Positions 58,363 to 64,000 of a stretch of 64,000 nt of DNA are shown in pieces. The stretch covers positions 21,452,001 through 21,516,000 of the forward strand of contig JBNRSN020000031.1 of assembly GCA_051313645.2 (NCBI GenBank), read 5' to 3'. The translations under genes and the position numbers were made by a program. Numbering within the stretch: the first letter of the stretch is position 1; every line of letters starts with the position of its first letter. This DNA is from Centroscyllium fabricii (taxonomy: Eukaryota). The notes below the pieces were generated by a model. It saw only the letters and a program-made list of their open reading frames with translations, had not been told where the DNA came from and searched no databases.

Positions 58363-61300
58363 TACTAACTGTTCACAACCAACCTGTGACCCATGTGTGC
58401 AGTATTGCAAATGAATATGCATCTAGGAAGCTTGTGATCCCAATCCTACTATGAAAAGCAGCTCAGTACTTTGAATTCCATTCTTTTTAGATGTGAACCC
58501 CACTGATTTGAAGGATTTTTGTAAAGTTCTTTTCATTCTATGATGGTATAGAATTAGCGATTTAAAATCTCTACTCCGTTAGTTTTTAATATTAGGACAC
58601 CTTTTGATGGAAAATCAAAATAAATGAATTGTGAAGTCTTTGTAGATATTAATTAGTGGGAATTACCTCACTGTTGTGGGACTTCAATCACACCATGATC
58701 ATGCTGATGATGTAATTGGAAAGTTCAGTAGTAGCATTTGGTAGCTGGAAGTGTTGACTGAGATCTTCTATGGTATTTTGAATACAGTTTTGAAGAAATA
58801 AAACTTTTTGATCATAAACTGAGTTGCAAAACTTTGGAATCCATTTTGACTGTGTGGCCTTAATTATCCCCCTCCCACCATTCCTAGAACTTGTGTGGTG
58901 TTTAAAATCCAATCCATTGCAGTTGTATATTTCCATAACCAGGAGGTGACATTACAGACTATGAAGTGCCATCTTAAATTTAGAAATGCTGAGAATCCAA
59001 CCTTGTGAAACCTCAGAGCCTGAACTCCTTAAAAAATTTTTTAGTTTTCAGTATGTCAGCCTTCAGGTACTTGTAAATGTGATTAATTATATACAAAACA
59101 TTTAAGTACCTAGCTCTATCTAATATCTGGCCTGTCATGTTTTTAAATAATATTGGACTAAAGAGAATATTGCAGATTGTAAAGCTGCGCATATTGTAAT
59201 TTGTAAATGTGCAGTGTCAGAAATTCAGTCTTCCAACCGTGTCAAGATTTTGCAAGTCTTCAACGTGTATTTTCTAAGATTTGATAAGTTTACACAGAAA
59301 GCAGATTGCTGGTGACCTGTACATGAAAGAATATTGAGGAAGCAGCAGTCAACCGATCTTATTTGCAGTGAAATTTCTTGAGAATACAGCAATTTTTATG
59401 ATAAATTTGGTTTGAAGTATGTTCATACTGAGTTGAAAGTTAAGATAAAACAGCATTATAAGATGTTGACACTCCCGCTGCGCTATTCCATTTCATAATT
59501 ATACTTGGTTGGCTAGCCTTTGAACACGATGTGATTTGGCTTTCATCATGGAAATTGTGACTAGACTAGCCAATCATAAATATGTTGACTGCATACAGAT
59601 GAATGTGTATTAAATCTTTTGTGCTCTCTCCCCTGGAGCATATCATGAGTTCAAGTTGAGTGCTGGAAACCAGATGTTTACATTGATGCACATTTAAAAT
59701 GTTAATGCAAGATGCAACCTATCTACAAAATGAAAACACCTGGTGACAAAGTATTTATCCTGTCCTAATACTTGTAAGCTAGGTATAACCAATTTTGTAT
59801 TTTGGCAGCTGATCTGCAACCTGAACTGTGCTTTTCTGTTGTGCTTTTTAAAGCCTGGGGACTGATTGGAGCAGTAAGTTAACCTTTCACCTTGGGAACC
59901 TAGGTTGCAACCTTTCTGCCTACTGGAGTGAATTTGGGCCAATCTCAGTCCAGATAGTGGATCAAATAGTCTGCAGTACAACACTGCCCAAAATGAAGTA
60001 TAACTGGTAGTTTCATTGAGACCACAAGGGTAGAAAATGAAAGTGTCACACTAATGCAGTAGGTGTTTTCTCCTGATGGCGTTAAGAAACATTTGTGTTA
60101 TGCAGAGGGTGCTTTACTCTGTAAATGCAGGAGAGTGTTGTTAAGTACCTGATGATGTTGTTGCATCACCATCCGCTTTAAATCTAAAATGTCTTTAAAA
60201 AAAATCTAAAATGCCTTCTATGCTTCAGCTTACAATCTCTAGTGTATTACCAGGGATCAATTTATTTATTGTATTTTCTTTCACTGGAGAAAAGACTGTT
60301 GAGGGGACCGTGCTTCGGGCCTTTACAATATTGAAAAACTTAACAATGTAAGCAACTTAAGTTATTCCAAAACTAAGAAGGGTAGTACAAAACAGACAAG
60401 TTTCAGGAGAACTGATGATACATAAAAAAAAATTCAGCTCCCAATGGCTCTGCTGGTTGAGACGTTGAGTTATTGAGGAATACAGAGCGAGCTCAATCCA
60501 CTGACTGAACTGATCTCAGCCAGGGTAGCACAAGGGGAGCTGCAGTTGGCATCAGTGACCCTGCTTTAGGAAAGAGAATAAATTGGCTAGAGTTCCCTGC
60601 TGGTAATTCCTTTCCAATGACCGCCCCCCCCCGCCACTAGATGTAGACATTTGTCAGAATTTGCCGAGCACAGATTTGGGCTGAGCTGCAATGCCCCTTG
60701 CGGTCAAATAGCCCATCAATGCTCACGGTCAAATAGCCCATCAATGCTCACGGTCAACCTTGCATCTAAATTTGGTCACTTGAGCAAGCAGCCATTGACA
60801 TCAATGTTACTAGATCCCAGCAAGGAATAAATGCCAAGAGGGCAGGGGGGGAATGCTGTTTATCCGCGCCCCCGTCACCACCACCATTGCCTGAGAGTAG
60901 CAGATTTATTGAATAGAATCCGATCGAAAGTAGTTAATGCTGCATCAATTAACTCCTTTGAACAGCAATTGTTCATCTGCGTCTATATTTACTCGCCACC
61001 ATATCTGTGGTTTCTATGCTACTCTGGAAATGTCATCTGCACAATACAACTGATGAGGGTTGAATAGTAATTCAGATTTTAATCATAGTCTGGTGTATAC
61101 ATTTTGCTAAAATACCCTTGTGGTTTGAGAAAAATAAATTCATAGAATTTTGAAGTTTAATCTGTGGTTGAATTAACTTCCTTATGGGATAAAAGGATTG
61201 AAATTACTGTGGCAATATTAGCAGATCAACGCTCAATACATTCATGCGACTATTTTGTCCATAATTTTGGTTTGAAAATCAATTTAATTTAAAAAAAAAA

Positions 61301-61527
61301 AAAATCTTAAATTGTCACATGCTAGATCTGCGTAAGCTGGAATATATTGTGCCGACCTGATGACTGGCTGACTTGGACTGCAGACCTTCGAAGTCTGATC
61401 CTGCCTTGCATGTCATGTCCACATTTCAAATAGTAGTCAGGTGAGGAACCCCCATCAATTTTCCCCTCCATAACCCAAGGGTCGCAGCTGAGATCAGTTG
61501 AACTTGGGGCCTTCCTGCTCTGTATGA

Positions 61528-61778
61528 CCAAAGATGTGCGGGTTAGGTTGATTGGCCAGGATAAATTGACCCTTGGTGTTAGGGGGATTGAATATGTGGG
61601 GTTACGGGGGTAGAGTGGGATGTGTGTCGATGCAGGCTCGATAGGAATCGAGGGATATGGGGAGAGGGCAGGGGCGGGATACCGGGTTTGGATGATCAGC
61701 CATGATCTCGTTGAATGGCGGAGCAGGCTCGAAGGGCCGAATGGCCTACTCCTGCTCCTAGTTTCTATGTTTTTATGT
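61528..61778 (+). mobile_element. 5'-truncated HE1-like SINE
   Basis: 3' half of the SINE with tail. Confidence 0.88.
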
Positions 61779-63071
61779 ATGGATGAGTTAGTCACTACCT
61801 TAACCAGCTTAGGTGCCGAGGAGGCCTTTACTACAACTTTGAAAAGTAAATTCTATGTCGTTAGCTACATTAACTTCAGTGATTAAACTAAAAATATAAT
61901 ATCCTAAGAAATTTCCACTTTCAATTAACATTAAAGTGAACATTAAAGTTGATGTAAATAAAAAAAGCAAGTTCTGTTACTTAGATGATTATGACATAAA
62001 AACATTTTTTTTTAAACTAAACAGTTCAAGCACACACACATCATGTACCTTGTATTAATTATGCAATATACTGGCAGAGAAATTACAAGAGACAAGCTCC
62101 TGCAGAGATTTCAGTCGTGTATGCGGAACCTCATCTGTTTAATATTAAGTCGTTGCAACTAAACAAGACTGGGGCATTAAAGAGGGACTGTATATGATGT
62201 TGCTCGGTTTGCATCCAAGCTGGCCAACCATCAAATCTGCACATGTTCCAGCCTTAAATGTTTCATGCAGACCCTAACGTGACAATTTAACATTTTTGTT
62301 AAGCATTCAATTTGCATAAGATAGGCAAAGGTACATTTGTGCAGACTCTTTTTGTCTTTTTCCATCTCCTGGATTGCTTGGGTTTCATCAGGTCAGCCGG
62401 TAAATAGTGGGCTGCTCTGTTCTGCAGACTGAATTTTCATGTGCCTGTTATGGGGTTTTTTCATGTTGGATTATTTAAAACACATCCTCAAACCTCAGCT
62501 ATTTACTTTTTTTTTTTAAACTGATGCTGAATTGCTCTCGAACGAGCAGAAGATGTGAAATTATGATCTATTCTGGCAGCAAGTCAAATTTCCAAGGTAC
62601 AGTTTAGCATGTTGGATGATAATGGCGCTTGTTTCAAGATGGAGTCTTCATTTCTTCAACTTTCTATTTAAGGTTTTGTAATGCTCCCCCTCTTGCACAC
62701 CTTTCTCTGCATAAGGTGCTGATTCATGTAGCAGCATGGTGTGGAACAGGGTTTGGCTGCCTTTCTGTACCTTGGCTAGATATCGAGTGCCAGCAGGCTC
62801 TTCATTCGGGGCATCACAGCTGTGCCAGATCTTTTTTTTTTGTTTTCCTGGCTCATTGATTATTTTCCTCCCAACTAAGTTTTCAGAAATTTGTAGTTCC
62901 CAGATGGACCTTAATGCGAAAAAATTGCTCAGACCAATATCTAATCAATTTTCCCTATAGGAAACGGAACAGGAAAGGAGTTTGGGTCGGTGACTGAAAT
63001 GGTCACCGTAGCCACGCCTGTGGCCGGTCACCAATTTCAATTGGGCAACACTTCTGACATGCTTTACTTTT

Positions 63072-63380
63072 GGGCGGCACGGTGGCATAGTGGTTAGCAC
63101 TGTTGCCTCACGGCGCTAGGGGCCCAGGTTCAAATCCGGCCTCGGGTGACTGTGCAAACTCCACACAGACATTCTCCCCGTGTCTGCGTGGGTTTCCTCC
63201 GGGTGCTCCGGTTTCCTCCCAAAGTCCAAAGATGTGCGGGTTAGGTTGATTGGCCAGGATAAATTGACCCTTAGTGTTAGGGGGATTAAATATGTGGGGT
63301 TACGGGGATAGGGTGGGATATGTGTCGGTGCAGGCTCGATGGGCCGAAATGGCCTCTATCTGCACTGTAGGGATTCTATG
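63072..63380 (+). mobile_element. HE1-like V-SINE (short-tail variant)
   Basis: Head, V domain with a short internal inversion (TGCAAACTCCACACAGA), ends CTGTAGGGATTCTATG. Confidence 0.9.
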
Positions 63381-64000
63381 AACACTGTTTTCAGAGGAAC
63401 TCGAGTTGTTGAAAAGTATTGACAGGTATGCGGGAATGGGACAAGATGTGGTTTCAGTGGGCAACAGGAAACACTGTGAGGGAGACTGTCTATGTCAAAC
63501 TTTGCCCAGTGCAATCTATAGGCAGTTTTTGAGGTTTTATTTCCCTTCTTTGCTCTGCCTATACCAAGTGAAATGACTAAGGGGTTCTATATCAGTCGTC
63601 TCCTATGTATCATCTTTCAGGGACCCAGTCAACAGCTACTTAAAAGAGCTAAAGAAATTGTAGCTTTATATGTTTTGAAACAGTTTATGTATTGCGTGAG
63701 TCACATATTGTACCTTTTTCGTTTCTTTGTCTTTCTGCATGTGTGTGCTTCTCTTGCAAATAAATCTATTAGTTTTAGCCTGAGTACAACAGTCTAATGG
63801 TGTGTATTTCCTGCATTTCCGAATAGATGGGCAATATGGTGAGCATTCCACATAGTCTGCAGTGCATTGTGCGGTAATTGTTAGTCCGCTGGCACACTAT
63901 CCCACTCGGGCATTTATAAAGGATAGAGGTTCATAGGCGACTCTGCTTATGGGAACTGCTGTTTTGCCGTAAACAACAGACGAAAGTGTTGGGAGAAAGC

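Overview
This is vertebrate genomic DNA, almost certainly from an elasmobranch (shark/ray), judging by its HE1/V-SINE, CR1/HER1-type LINE and SacSINE/Deu-like repeats. The + strand carries the 3' half of the protein 4.1R gene (EPB41). I could place exons equivalent to mammalian 13, 14, 15, 16, 17, 17A, 17B, 18, 19, 20, 21 and the start of the 3'-UTR exon, all with GT-AG boundaries and a continuous reading frame. The most interesting gene-level signal is two extra in-frame candidate exons between 17A and 17B (20086-20337 and 44045/44055-44306). Each can end the protein in a hydrophobic, transmembrane-like tail, which would give a membrane-anchored 4.1R isoform without the CTD. The introns hold two families of CpG-rich non-autonomous DNA transposons. 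One has CAGG...CCTG ends with TA duplications and carries arrays of NRF1/YY1-like or RFX-like motifs; one copy contains a 3.2 kb minisatellite. The other has GGG...CCC ends with 3-bp duplications. Also present are a Gypsy LTR end with a tRNA-Trp primer site, Penelope-type fragments with hammerhead-like cores, a second G-rich minisatellite, and many SINE/LINE fragments. Homology calls come from recalled family sequences, not database searches, and repeat boundaries are approximate.
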